A DNA stretch of 64,000 nucleotides from Octopus vulgaris (taxonomy: Eukaryota), in assembly GCA_951406725.2 (NCBI GenBank), contig OX597818.1, positions 131,316,001-131,380,000 on the forward strand, in the 5' to 3' direction. This document shows, piece by piece, positions 13,376-27,713 of the stretch (position 1 is the stretch's first letter; the number at the start of each line of letters is the position of its first letter). The notes beneath the pieces were generated by a model. That model saw nothing but the letters and a program-made list of their open reading frames with translations. It was not told the DNA's origin and did no database searches. The position numbers and the translations under genes are program-made.

Positions 13376-13937
13376 GTTAATCATTGCATGAAATACAAAG
13401 ACTCGGCACCGGCCTAACCAGCTATGCCTCAACACCACACTTGCAGGCTTGTGCCAACATTAGAAGCTAATAACTTTATTCTTTTATATTCCTTGTGTCT
13501 ATAAACTTCCATTTGCACATATATATATGTAAAACACAACATAAATACGAACACTTATTTCAATGCAATCATATTTGATTGCACTCCAATTAGAATGCAT
13601 AGCATTGTTCAAGTCTGCATTGCCCTTGTGGCAAACGAGGAAGATCATTGTTATTGTTAATTGTCTCTTTGTTTTGCTGTATTGTGTGACTTGTGCTGTT
13701 GTTCTAGAAGTTGTTTTGTTGTAGTTGTTGTTGTTTTACTATGGTTGTGATTGTTGTAGTGTTTCTTGTTTAAAATATGTTTACAAATCCTTACATACTT
13801 TGTTCCATTATCTCTCTGTTTTCAGGTTATCATTGATGGTTATTGTTGGAAGATTGTTGCTGTTGTTAATTTTATTGTTGAACATTTCATTCCATATTCA
13901 ATACCCACTCTCTCTCTCCCACTTTCTGTGTGTATAC

Positions 13938-13994
<57 letters not shown>

Positions 13995-14148
13995 CCTATA
14001 TGTATGTATGTATATCATATGCATGTATATTACACATATGTACATAGGTATATGAAAGAGACAAGGAGATTAAGTGTGTGTGTACATATATACACACACA
14101 CACACAAGCACACACACACAAGCACACACACACAAGCACACACACACA

Positions 14149-14213
<65 letters not shown>

Positions 14214-14253
14214 CATGCTAGCATGGAAAGCGGATGCTAAATGATGATGATGA

Positions 14254-14294
<41 letters not shown>

Positions 14295-14561
14295 TACCCA
14301 AACATATATATATGCACAGATTCAAAAATATATTTACATACCTACCCAAAAATGAATCTGCTCATAGACAATCACAAATACATTCCCTCTCCCTCTGACT
14401 GTCCATGTGCACATATTATATATATGTGTGTATGTATATATATATGTGTGTGTGTGTGTGGAGGGGTGTATACAGATATATACACACATACACACAAACA
14501 GACACATATGTAAATATATCTACACACATACATGCACTCACACAGATACATATAGACATAC

Positions 14562-14599
<38 letters not shown>

Positions 14600-14834
14600 G
14601 TATGTATGTATATATGAAGAGGTGAAGAGGACATAAAAATCAGTGAATGGAACTCAATAGTTGAACAATGGAGGTTATAATAGTGAGCCATTCAATAGTT
14701 GAATGTATCAGTTAAAGCAGAACTAATCTACTGTATTTATACACTTATCTCTGCTTCACTCCCTCTGTCTCCCCTTTCACTGCCTGTCAGTTTGTCTGTA
14801 TGCCAATCTGTCTACCCTACCCCGACCCCACCCC

Positions 14835-14869
<35 letters not shown>

Positions 14870-15149
14870 CTGTCTTTCTTTTTCCTTCCCTCGCTCTTTC
14901 TATTCGCATGTCTCTTGTTCCTGTTTGAGTTCCAGGATTTCTCTGTGTGTGTAATCACACACATAGCTTACACACATACATCCAAACATATATACACACA
15001 CACATACACATATATATCCATATACATATGTACAATATATGTGTGTGCATGTGTGCATGTGTGCATATGTGTGTGTGTGTTGTACATGCACACCACTTTA
15101 CAGATGATGTACATGTACATAGATATCTGTACCTATATAGACATACGTA

Positions 15150-15306
<157 letters not shown>

Positions 15307-15579
15307 TGTTATACATATACACACATATATATTGTTATACATATACACACATATATATATATATGCATATATATATATATACAAGCATATATAGGATGGC
15401 TCTTAAAAGTCTAGTATTATTTAGTTCTCTTTAAAATTCCATATAAAATGTGGTTCGCTCAGTTTTAGTAACAGAGATATTCAACCTTTATGTGCACGCC
15501 TGTTATTAAATATAACTTGCACTAAATATGTTCTGCAATACAGTCTTTCGTTTGTTCACCCTCTAAAGTGTGTGTGTGT

Positions 15580-15686
<107 letters not shown>

Positions 15687-15979
15687 TGTGTGTGTCATTT
15701 AGCACTCATTTTCCATGCTACCATGGATTAAATAGTTTAACAGGAACTGGTAAGCCAGAGAGCTGCACCAGGTTCCAGTCAGTTTTGGCCTGGTTTCTAT
15801 GGCTGGATGCCCTTCATAATGCCAACCACTTCAAAGAGCGTACTGGGTGTCTTTAATGTGTCACTGGTAATGGGTAACTTTACTGTGTGCCACTGGCACT
15901 GGCCATGATTACAATTTATTTCCTAGCTTAATGTATCTTCTTAAGCACAGCAAATCACCAAAAGCCTTGGTCATATATA

Positions 15980-16152
15980 TAGGAGTGGCTGTGTGGTAAG
16001 TAGCTTGCTAACAAACCACATGGTTCTGGGTTCAGTCCCACTGCGTAGCACCTTGGGCAAGTGTCTTCTGCTATAGCCCCGGGCCGACCAATGCCTTGTG
16101 AGTGGATTTGGTAGACAGAAACTGAAAGAAGCCTGTCGTATATATGTATATA

Positions 16153-16186
<34 letters not shown>

Positions 16187-16390
16187 TGTGTCTGTGTTTG
16201 TCCCCCTAGCATTGCTTGACAACCGATGCTGGTCCCCGTCACTTAGCGGTTCGGCAAAAGAGACCGATAGAATAAGTACTGGGCTTACAAAGAATAAGTT
16301 CTGGGATCGATTTGCTCAACTAAAGGCGGTGCTCCAGCATGGCCACAGTCAAATGACTGAAACAAGTAAAAGAGTAAAAAAAAAGAGAGT
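15980..16390 (+). mobile_element. tRNA-derived SINE, family A
   Basis: Near full-length match to 37186-37606. Confidence 0.9.
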
Positions 16391-16877
16391 ATATACATAT
16401 ATATATATATAAAGCTATATATACATATATAAAGGCTTCTTTCAGTTTCTGCCTACCAAATCCACTCACAAGGTTTTGGTTGTCCAGAGAGGAAAAAGAG
16501 TGACAATGTTAGATACTTATTCTAATTCTCCTACTGCCACTTATTCACTCTCTATTTGTTACTTGAACATCTCATATGGGGTAGCTTAAAATATATACGT
16601 ACATTTTTACCTGCTTCAATGGTTCAGACAGAATTTGTTGTGATGTATTTTCATTGGCTGGTAGCTCTTCCTGTCAATAACCCTCACCTGTTTCTAACTA
16701 AAGTTATATTTCCACATGACCAGACATGTTTTCATGGAAGAATGGAAACAAATGACACTGTTTTCATAAATGGCGACACTTGCTTATGACAACCATATGA
16801 AGTCAAGGAAAGAAGACTGTCTCACACACAAGGACACACACATACTCCCAATATATATATATATGCATGTATAAATG

Positions 16878-16969
<92 letters not shown>

Positions 16970-17717
16970 GATATATATGTATATATATACTATCAGCTAA
17001 GGCCAGTTTCACCTGATCAATTTGGATGATGTGGCTGTAAAACCTGCTCTGTGTAAGCATTTGGCTCGTTTGGGCATGCTTACTTTAAAAAACAATTTTA
17101 GAATGACTTTTTTCTGTCAAAACACTAAAAATAACTGGCCAACATAAAAAAACCCAGCCAAGATTCAACGAAATCAAAAAATAAATAAACCCAAATACTA
17201 AGCAAACAAAGATGAACCATCCCACTTCCATTGCATGTGCACATGCATACATGCATGTGCACACACACACATTCACATACCCCCTTTTACATACATACAC
17301 ATATATTCACACAGAGTTGAAATACTGTTTGATTTATTTTTTCAGCAAACAATTTTCATCATCCCACTACCAAGTATGACATCACACCTTCTTTCCTTAT
17401 TCATCTATCACCCCTTCCTTCCTCACTCATAAACACAAGAGTATTATTATAGTAGATTATCTCGGTAACCATGAGAGCCATGAAAAAATACAAAGCACAG
17501 CAACACCACCAGATCATTCTACACATCTGTGTAACTTTTCACAGAATTACACCCAGCCGTTTGAACGTTAATCCCAAGACAAGAAAGAATCACCCATGTC
17601 AAATTTATAGATAAATAGACAGTCAGGCAGACAGATAAATAGATAGATAGACAGTGGTACTCCATATAGAGGACAGCAGTACTCAAAAAGTTCAAACTTA
17701 GTTTCCTGTCTTTACAG

Positions 17718-17765
17718 GGGATCATTCCACAAGGCAAAGAAGAATCAAGATGAGCAGGTATAGAG
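17718..17765 (+). CDS. candidate 48-nt exon (DHSTRQRRIKMSRYR), gene unknown
   Basis: gtttcctgtctttacag|GGGATC...TATAGAG|gtaagtt. Strong acceptor, consensus donor, one open frame containing an ATG at 17750. Confidence 0.35.
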
Positions 17766-17884
17766 GTAAGTTATGCTGATAAACAAATTAGATACATTAA
17801 ATATATTAAATTCCCAAACTATTATATTTAATATATTTGATATATTTAATGTATTAATTTGTTTATCCACATAATAGCCTCTTA

Positions 17885-17921
<37 letters not shown>

Positions 17922-17922
<1 letters not shown>

Positions 17923-18110
17923 GGTTGAAATTTACAGAAAAACAAAAGACAAAGACAGGTGTATAAACAACAAGCAGGTGTATTAGTTTGACACTTGGGA
18001 AGGTGAGAAAGTCTTTTACATTTCAAGCCTATGCTCTTTAACAAAAAGGAACATGAGGAAATAAACAGGGAGAGAATAAAAAAACAACTTGTATATTTAG
18101 CAGTCAATCA
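17922..18110 (-). mobile_element. (TA)n-anchored PLE-tail-like element, family G, with decayed hammerhead
   Basis: Homologous to 44800-45105 and 51610-51815 and flanked by TA runs. The motif at 18012-18047 is degenerate. Confidence 0.75.
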
Positions 18111-18222
18111 TATATATATATATATGTATGTATGTATGTATATATTATATATATATGTATATATATATATATATATATATAGATGTGTGTGTATGTATAT
18201 TATATATATATATGTATATATA

Positions 18223-18275
<53 letters not shown>

Positions 18276-18279
<4 letters not shown>

Positions 18280-18475
18280 TAATCCAAACATGAAAACACA
18301 ATGCAAAGATGTGGAACAAGTATAGCATTACTGGACGCTCAGGAAAAGAAAGAAAGAAAGAAGGAGGATTCAACGTTTTGTGCGGAGCTCTTTGTCAGAA
18401 ACATAGGAAAAGGAAAGATCCAAGGAAGGGAAGACAAAGGAAAAAAAATTGACAATGATACACACGCGGTCACAC
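18276..18475 (-). mobile_element. (TA)n-anchored PLE-tail-like element, family H, with decayed hammerhead
   Basis: Minus strand reads GTTT CTGACAA A GAGC TCC GCAC AAAA CG TT GAAT. It has the same TTGGATTAACT-(TA)n junction as the copy at 58479-58617. Confidence 0.7.
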
Positions 18476-18950
18476 ATATATATATATATATATTTATATA
18501 TAGACACACACACACATACACACAATGAGCTTCTTTTAGTTTTTGTCAACCAGATCTATTCACCAGGCCTTGATCTATCATAGGCCAGGATTCTATATAA
18601 ATTTGTAGATACTTGCCTTAGGTGCAACAAAACTGAACCTGAAACCATGACATTGAGAAGCAAACTTTTTACCACACATACACACACACATGCACACACA
18701 CACACACACACACACACATTTACATACAAACAGATGGAGAACATTTTTTTGTTGAATTTTCTATCACAGAACAGCACATTATACACACACACACACACAC
18801 ACACACAGATGTGTGTGTGTGTGTATGTGTGTTTTCATACACACACAAATCTAATGAACATTTTCTGTATTTTTATATAATTCTGACCCAATTCACATTA
18901 TACCAGAGCACTATATTTCAAAACTTCTAAATCCCATTGATATTATAGTT

Positions 18951-19033
<83 letters not shown>

Positions 19034-19100
19034 ATGTCTCTTCTCTCCATTTATCTCTGTCATATGCAGAAAGCCCCACTACCCCATTTATACACACACA

Positions 19101-19191
<91 letters not shown>

Positions 19192-19452
19192 CACATGTAC
19201 GAACATAAAGCACAGTATATAAGTAGCTGTAAATACACAGCAGCAAGTAACAGTGCTCTACATAATGGAATTAGCTCTCTTTTAAGACACACACCATGAT
19301 AAACTTTAATTGAATTATGTAAAAATATATGCACGGCTTCTATCTATCAAGAACTTGACATAGTCATGATCATATAAAGAAGCTTAAGTTCAATGCTTTA
19401 CCAATATTATCGGTGCCAAACATCGACATCACTGCAGTTTTATCAACATGTA

Positions 19453-19885
19453 AAGAATGTAAGATGAAGGCAATGGTGGTGGTGGTGGTGGTGGTGGTGG
19501 TGGTGGTGGTGATGGTGGTGGAGGTGGTGGTGGTGGTGGTGGTGGTGGTGGTGGTGGTGGTGGTGGTGGTGGTGGTAATATTGATGATGGTGGTGGTGAT
19601 GTGGTGGTGATGGTGGTGGTCGTGGTGATGACGATTGTGATGACGATATTGGTGATGGTGGTGGTGGTGGTGGTGGTGGTGGTGGTGGTGGTGGTGGTGG
19701 TGACAGTGGTGACGGTGGTGGTGATGGTTGTGGTTGTGGTGATGACGATTGTGATGACGATATTGGTGATGGTGGTGGTGGTGGTGGTGGTGGCGGCAAT
19801 AGTGCTTTTGGCAGCAGTGCATGTAGCAATGATGATGACGATGACTGTGGTTTTGACAGTGTTGACAATGATAGTGGTGATGATG

Positions 19886-19924
<39 letters not shown>

Positions 19925-19925
19925 A

Positions 19926-19960
<35 letters not shown>

Positions 19961-20157
19961 ACTGTAGCACTACTGATGATGGTGGTGGTGGTGGTGGTGG
20001 TGGTGTTGGCAGTGGTGAGAATGGTGCTGACTGTGGTGGTGGTGCTGGTAGTAGTGATGATAGTGGTAGTGATGATGGTGATGATGAGGATGCTAGTGAT
20101 GAACATAGCAGTGTTGCAGTTAATCCACAACCTCATCATCAACATCACAGAGAAGGA

Positions 20158-20207
<50 letters not shown>

Positions 20208-20210
20208 CAT
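19453..20210. repeat. compound (GGT)n/(AGT)n/(GAT)n array with internal duplication
   Basis: Visible directly; GTGGTGATGACGATTGTGATGACGATATTGG occurs twice. The poly-V/H/T/P ORFs are artefacts. Confidence 0.95.
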
Positions 20211-20261
20211 CAATGGCAATTATAATGTCTCATTTATATAACTTTGCAGATAATTTTATAT

Positions 20262-20304
<43 letters not shown>

Positions 20305-20595
20305 CACACACACATATATATATATACATATACACATACATACATACATATATATTTGTTATTTGTGTCTGTGTTCTCACCATCACTTGTGAACCAATGT
20401 TGGTGAGTTTACATCCCCGTCACTTAGTGCTTCGACAAAAAGAATCTAATCGGATAAGTACTACTCGGCTTACGTCAATTCATTCATAGTGTTGTTTTGC
20501 ACTTATAATAAAATAAATATATACAAATTATAAAAATAATTAAAAAAAATATGCAGGACACTACTGTTTCTACTTCATAGAATTTTACCTATTGC

Positions 20596-21122
20596 AGGTA
20601 ATTTTCATTCTAACCCTTAAGACTGATATGCCCATGTAAATCCAATTTAGGAAGATTAAGTAAACTTATATTAGATAAATATATAAACTTAATACAGTAA
20701 ATAACCTTAAACTATGGAGTTGTACCTGAGATACTTTAAATTGGTTCAATAATATTAAAGATAAAAAGAAGTGTAAATTCATCCAAATAGATAGAGAAAA
20801 TTACTATTCATCTATTAATGAGATTATTCTGAATAAGGTCCTTATGTATGCTAAGAGAAAGGTTAATATGGCAGATGAAGAAGTTAATGTAGTACTTACG
20901 TCGAAGAAATTCCTAATCAGATATGAAAATAAACTTTGGGCTAGGAAGAATACAAGGGATTGTTTTGATATATCTATGGGTGTCTCTGATTTGGCACAAA
21001 TAACAGATTTAGGATTAGAACATCTTAACTTAGAAGGAGGTCTTTGTAGGGATGACCTACTCTTGATAACGAAAAACTGCACTAATACATCATTAGAAAT
21101 TATAAAGAAAAAAACTATAAAT
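20596..21122 (+). mobile_element. Penelope-like element reverse transcriptase relic
   Basis: Translates ...ISKLILDK...WSCT*DTLNWFNNIKDKKKCKFIQIDRENYYSSI...LWARKNTRDCFDISMGVSD...GGLCRDDLLLI. This matches the PLE RT pattern (F.qfDI..fY.SI; MG..dG; GlYRDD), with in-frame stops. Confidence 0.8.
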
Positions 21123-21145
21123 TCACATACATACACACACACACA

Positions 21146-22255
21146 TATTGGGTCATCCCATAAATAATGTGTTTGTTCAATTCCAATTTGGAGGGGGATG
21201 GGATAAACTACCTGCTTGAACTTGCTATAAAAGCAGGTAGTAATTTTACTTTGTACTTATTCCTAGTGCAAGTTTTGGAGAGTGCAGTTTGATTTTAACA
21301 GTTATTTTTTCAAAGCTATAATGGAAGTGTCAAAGGAACATATTCAGTATATTTTGCTTTATGAGTTCAATATAGGCAACAACGCAATGGAAAGTTCAAG
21401 GAATATTAATGCTGCATATGGGATTGGACAATAAGCATAAGCAAGCATCAATGGTGGTTCCAGAAATTCCAAGCCAGAAACTACAGTCGAGAAGATGAGC
21501 CTTGTCCTGAAAGAGCTTTCTCCGTCCGGGTTGCGGATCTGTGGAACAAGCTGCCAGACGAGATGGTGAAGATGCCGACGACCGCTTTGTTCAAAGCCTC
21601 CCTGGACCTCAAGTGGCCTGAACTCTTTACATGAACACCACCCTGTACTTAACTCCATGTCCCCCTACATGGCCTTGCTATTTGCTTTTGAGCCAAATTA
21701 ACTAACTAACTAACTAACTAACATCTGTTGAGCTCAACAAGAAAATCCTGCAAACTCTGGTGGAACAACATCCCATCGTAACTGTTGAACAACTAGTAGA
21801 GAATTTTGGATTTGATCATTGACACCTGTGTGCCATTGGAAAAGTCAGCAAATTGGGTCAATGGGTTCCTCACAATCTTTCTGAGTCTAATTGAGTTTAG
21901 AGAATGAATCTGTACTCTTCTTTGCCGTCACATCTAATGAATGAACCACTTTTGGACTGAATAATGACTGGTGACTAAAAAAATGTGAAGGACCAAAGAC
22001 AATGAATAAAGAAAGGAGAAATACTGGCATCCCAGACTAAAGAAGGTATTCACCCAAGTAAGGTGTTGTTATCTGTTTGGCGGGAGGTGAAAGGTTTAGT
22101 CCATTTTGGACTTTTAAACTCCAACTAAACAATAACAAAGGAGATCTACTGCAAGCAGCTTGAGTGGCTTAAGTCAGTGAAGGAAGAAAAATGACCATCT
22201 TTGGTTTCCAGATGAAAGGTGATCTTCCATTAGGATAATGCTCAGCCACATACTG
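21146..22255 (+). mobile_element. mariner transposon relic interrupted by a CR1 insertion
   Basis: TIR-like TATTGGGTCATCCCATAAATAA. From ATG 21321: MEVSKEHIQYILLYEFN...WFQKF...EDEP; then WVPHNL (21862), IMTGD, HPSKVLLSVW, IFH*DNAQPH. Many stops. Confidence 0.9.
21515..21722 (+). mobile_element. CR1-like LINE 3' end with (CTAA)n tail
   Basis: Translates AFSVRVADLWNKLPDEMVKMPTTALFKASLD. It splits the mariner ORF, and a second copy lies at 25165-25455. Confidence 0.85.
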
Positions 22256-23512
22256 GATGAATTAATGCCAAATATGTTCAAATTCCTGATTTTTACACAG
22301 GGACTAACTACAGAAAAAGATGCGGAAGTTAGAACAAGACTTTTCACAAAGCTAGAATGAAACCAGGATGTAACCTGACAATAAGTGTCAGAAGAATGTG
22401 AAAGGACAGTCAAATCATGAGATGACATAGAGGAAATTGAATGCAAATATTGCTCCCAAGTAATATAAGCGTGAAATAGTCAGAATAGAGACAAAGTGTT
22501 TTTTCTAAAAGACACAACAAAAATAAGGGAAATAACCAACGTTTTGCATGTGGAAGTATACACCCAAGGGAAAACTGTCCATGTAAAAAAGCGGAGTGTT
22601 TTCATTGTGGAAATATAGGACATATAAAGATGCATTGTATAACAAAGATGATAAAACGTCAAAACAAAGGAAAAATAATAAATAGATGAAATTGAATAGA
22701 TGAAATTGATTAGGTGAAATTGATAATATAACGATGAGGAAATTCATGAAGGTGAAAATCAGAAATACAGGTGTTAAAATGCAATTGGACACTGGTAGTG
22801 ATATTACCATCATAAACGAAAAAACATGGAGTTATGTCAGTAAGCTGAAATTAAATTGAGAAAGATTGCACATGGTGTTATGGGAAAAAGATTATATCTT
22901 TTTGGTGAATTCATATGTAATATAACATTTTGAGGTCAAACAAAAAAAGCAAAGATATATGTATTAAAAGATTCCCTTAATTTCTTTGACACAGAATGGA
23001 GTATTTACAGTTGAAAATACTAGGGCATCTGGATAGTTTGTTCAGACTGATACCAAAACACTGTGAGCCATTTGAAGATATGGTAATTGCAGCTCTAAGA
23101 GCTGAAGGTGAAGTAAAAGTCATAATGTAGAATGTGGTATGAAAATTATCGGTAACCTTAGGAGATATAAAATGGAATGCGGTAAAAGACAATTTCATAA
23201 AGGAAACAAAAAGAACACTGATGTCAACAAAAGAAAATGTTGAGAGAATTTCACATCAGACATCCTGGTATTTCAAGGAAGAAATCTTTAATGTGTAGTT
23301 ATCTATACTGGCTGAAAATGGACAGAGAAATCGAAAATTTGGTGCAAGGATGTAGAGGATGTGCTCTAGCAGCAAAATTGCCCACTATAAAATGTGTACT
23401 TTGGCCAAAAGTAGATGTTCCATAGTTGAGATTACACATTGATTTTGCCAATCCTTTAAAATGGTTCTAACTACATAGTGATAATTGATAGTTTTTCGAA
23501 ATGGCCTGAAAT
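22256..23512 (+). mobile_element. Ty3/Gypsy LTR retrotransposon relic (gag, protease, integrase; RT largely deleted)
   Basis: FKFLIFTQGLTTEKDAEVRTRL (gag-like); VKMQLDTGSDITII (protease DTG at 22788); FHIRHPGISR..YW..MDREIE..CRGC (HHCC); LHIDFA..IIDSFSKWPE (integrase core start). Confidence 0.85.
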
Positions 23513-23524
23513 TATATATATATA

Positions 23525-23742
23525 TGCGTGTGTGTGTTTGTGTGAGTGTGTTTGTACCCCTAGCATTGCTTGACAACCGATGCTGGTGTGTTTATGTCCC
23601 CGTCACTTAGCGGTTTGGCAAAAGAGACCGATAGAATAAGTACTGGGCTTACAAAAGAATAAGTCCCGGGGTCGAGTTGCTCGATAAAAAAGGCGGTGCT
23701 CAAGCATGGCCGCAGTCAAATGACTGTAACAAGTAAAAGAGT
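23525..23742 (+). mobile_element. SINE family A, 3' half
   Basis: Matches the tail of 37186-37606. Confidence 0.85.
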
Positions 23743-24009
23743 ACTACATCTATTATATTAACGATAGCTTCACATTCTAGTACAACTCTCTTTTTAATTT
23801 CATTTCTGCACCAACAACACTAATGATATTGATGCTAGTGATGATAATAATAATGATAATGATGACATGAATCTTGTCTGAGATTTTTTAAAAGTACAAT
23901 TCTCACTATTACTTATTAAAACATTATTCTTTGCTTTGTTTCTTTGTCTTTTTTGACATTCTCTATTTCTATATATGTATTTACTGAATTTCTTTTGGCT
24001 TCTACTTAA

Positions 24010-24162
24010 TACATATACATACATACATACATACATACATACATACATACATACACACATACATACATACATACATACATACATACACACATACATACAT
24101 ACATACATACATACATACATACATACATACATACATACATACACATACATACATACATACAT

Positions 24163-24193
<31 letters not shown>

Positions 24194-24365
24194 TACATAC
24201 ATACATACATATATACATACACACACACACACACATATATACATACATACACACATACATACATACATACATACATACATACATACATACATACATACAT
24301 ACATACATACATACATACACACACACATACATACATACACACATACATATATACATACATATATA
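24010..24365. repeat. (TACA)n/(CA)n microsatellite
   Basis: Visible directly. Similar TA/CA/TACA arrays occur throughout, e.g. 1475-1660, 6600-7080, 15150-15390, 18950-19190, 35700-35860 and 54860-54970. Confidence 0.95.
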
Positions 24366-25164
24366 TTTATATCTGTGTAAATTAAATTTATCTTTTATCT
24401 ATGATGAAGCTCTTACCATAGTGACAACATCATCTTGTCTTGTACAACCAATACAACTTTTAGTGCTGCTGATTCTTCTTCTTTTACTACTACTACTACT
24501 ACAAACAACAACAACAACAGCAATAGTAATAGTAATAATAATAACAACTACCACTACCACCACCACCACCACCATAAGCACTACTACCACAACTAGAAGT
24601 AGCAGTATTAGTGGTAGTTTTCGAATATAGAAACAAGTGTATTGTAAATATTTTATATGGAGATTCATAGTGGTGTTGGCAGTGGTATTAATAATATTCC
24701 ATCACCACCACTGCCACCATCACATCACTATACTACTATTACAACTATCACTGCTAATGTTATTAGAGTTGATATGGCTAATGCGAATGACTGATTAGCA
24801 TTGGTAACACCAGTTATCACTAACATCAGCACCACTACCACCAATGCTACTGTCATCGTCATCGTTGTCAACCTCCTCAAGTTCTTGTTATTTTTTTGTT
24901 TGGAATATTTTTTATATTGATAAGAGTTAAATACATTTGCATCACAGCATATTGTGCTTGCTAATTCATTTAAGTCATTGCATCTCGACATATTTGATTT
25001 GGCTGGAGTTTTTATAATTTTTGGTTTCCTTTGCTACAGTCAACTACAAACTGAGTGAACTACATGCATTTATTGCAGTACCAGTAATACATGAATGCAC
25101 ATGGCCTAGTGTTTATGTTGCTGGAGTCACATCAGAATCATATTGAAGTGGGTTTGATTGTTAG

Positions 25165-25455
25165 ATAGATAGTTAGTTAGTTAGTTAATTTTTTGGCTCA
25201 AAAAGCAAAAAGCAAGGCCATCTAGGGGGGCATGGAGTTATGTACAGGGTGGTGTTCATGCAAAGAGTTCAGGCCATTTGTGGTCAAGGGAGACTTTGAA
25301 CCGAGCGGTCGTCGGCATCTTCACTATCTCGTCCGGCAGCTTATTCCACAGATCCGCAACCCGGACGGAGAAAGCCCCTCTCCTTCGATTGAGATGAAAT
25401 CGTCACAGATAGAGCTTTTCGGAGTGACCCCGCAGCCGACGCTCTGGAAGAGATG
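25165..25455 (-). mobile_element. CR1-like LINE 3' end (same family as 21515)
   Basis: Minus strand translates PERRLRGHSEKLYL*RFHLNRRRGAFSVRVADLWNKLPDEIV, containing the RGH..KL motif; (CTAA)n tail. Confidence 0.85.
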
Positions 25456-25714
25456 GTGCTAATGGTGCTTAATCATATAGGCTGTTTTCAGTATGTTTGA
25501 TTTGGCTACAGTTCTTTCATTTTGGTTCTCCTTTCTACTGTCAACCAAAAATTGTGTAACCCAAAGATATTTGCTGTCAGTATATATCAGTAATTTATGA
25601 GAGCAGAGTAACATAATGGTTCAGTCAATGGACTCACAATTATAAGGTCCTGTGTACTTTAAATATCTCAAACATGAACCATAACAACCAAGACCATGCT
25701 GAATATTTTTCTTT

Positions 25715-26022
25715 GGTGCATGGCTCATGGGTAAGAGCATCAGGCTCACAACCATGAGGTAGTGAGTTTGATTCTCGGACCAAGCTGTGTATTGTGTTTA
25801 TTCTACATTGCTCCAGTTTTCTCAGCTGTGGAAATGAGTTGTGACATCACTGGTTCCAGGCTGTATCGGCCTTTGCCTTGGATACCATCAGTGGTGTGGA
25901 AAGAGGAGGCTGGTATGCATGGCCAACTGCTGGTCTACCATAAACAACCTTGCATGGACTTGTGCCTCAGGTGATAACTTTTTAGGTGCAATTCCATGGT
26001 CATTCATAACCAAAAGGGGTCC
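25715..26022 (+). mobile_element. tRNA-derived SINE, family C (diverged)
   Basis: Reverse-complement match to 57494-57821. Confidence 0.8.
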
Positions 26023-27655
26023 TTTTTTTTATTGCTGAGGAGATTTAATAAGGTAGGAACAAGTTTGGAGTTATCTCTTGTATTCACTGATATAACACAA
26101 ATACTGTTTAATTAGTGTTTTAACATACCCTGCATGAAATATGTTAATACTAACTTAATTGCTGTCTCCAAAGCAAAAAGCAAGCTTGTGTAATTTATTC
26201 TCTGGGAGATTGTATTATGTAGGGATAAAATAGAGGGGCTTGAAGGGATCAGTAAATAGTAGTAAGCTCTCTTCCTCTAAGGAATTCACAAATACATTGT
26301 TTAGAAACAAAGAAAATATTCTATGAAATAACAAAAGATGAAAGGTGGAGGTATGAGCTGGTGGGGGAGACTAAATAAAAATAACAACAACCCTAGCGAC
26401 TACACTAAACAAGCAATAAAGAATAGGGAGGAGGTGGAGGAAAGATGAACATGAAAAGTGGTTATATTTTAGTGAATTTCTTATTGGGTAAGTTCATTTG
26501 ATGGGTAGAAAGGATGAGAGAAGTTACTAGTAAATGAACGATAGTGTATGAAGAGGGGTTGTTGTGGCAATGAATAGGGGAGTGGCAGTGGTGGTGGGTA
26601 ATATTCAAGCAGGATAACTAATGATCGATTCTTGTAATTAGTTCTATAAAAAGTAACTGATACAAACTAATGAAATGATTGCGAAAGTAAGAATGAAAAA
26701 AAAATGTTTAAAAATTTTAGAATAAAATTTGATAAGTAAAAAAAAAAATAAGATAATTAAGGGATAAAAACAGATCTACAGCTTAAAATATACTGCGAAA
26801 AAAAAAAAAGAATGATGGAATTAATAGAGGAATGAGGAATGATATCTGAAAAATTGAGTGGATAATAAGACAAACGAGGTACTAAAAAAAACTAATAAAA
26901 AAGCATGTATAAATGAGAGAGGGGGAGAAAGGGAGAGAGAGAATTAAAAAGTGAAGGTTTAAAAGAGTAAGGAAATATGAGCAGAAAGGAAAATAATAAT
27001 ACTAATGAAGAATAAAAACAAAAAAATAATAATGATAAATAAAATAAACAGAAGTAGATAAGATAATGAAAATTTAAGGAAAAATTACAAAGAGAAAGTG
27101 AAAGTAGAAAAACATGATAAATAACTAAATAGATAACCAAATTTAAGTACAAGCTCACAAAAAAAAAAGACCACAAAAATACCAAAAAAAAAAAAGCAAC
27201 AAACTAATCAGTAAAAATCATGGACCATTCATTTAGTTTTTCAAACTTAACAATGAGTTATTCTTTTAAAAATAATTGGATCATTTTTACTTTCATGGAA
27301 ATAGTTTTATATTAAGGTGTGGTGTTTCATTTTCTGTTTGGCGTTTCATTCTTCTTCTTCTTCTTCTTCCGATTCTTCTTCTTCTGCTTCTTCATCGTCG
27401 TCGTCGTCATCGTTGTTGTTCATCATTGTTGTTCTTCTATTGGTTCTTTTAGCGTAATACAGTTTTGGAGAGTTTTTTTTTCTTCTTCTTCATTTTGCTT
27501 TTTATTTTTCATTTTGATTTTATTAATCTCTTACAATTTTTCAAATAAAAAAGAAACTTATAATCTTTGCTATTGTCTTTAAAACATCTATTTTTTAAAC
27601 CAGCATGTGTGTTTGTGTGTATATGTATATATACAAGCACACATGCAGGTTTCAA

Positions 27656-27713
<58 letters not shown>

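Noticed and set aside
19370-20392. Long poly-V/H/T/P ORFs (up to 263 aa)
   Set aside because: Stop-free frames of (GGT)n/(AGT)n microsatellites.
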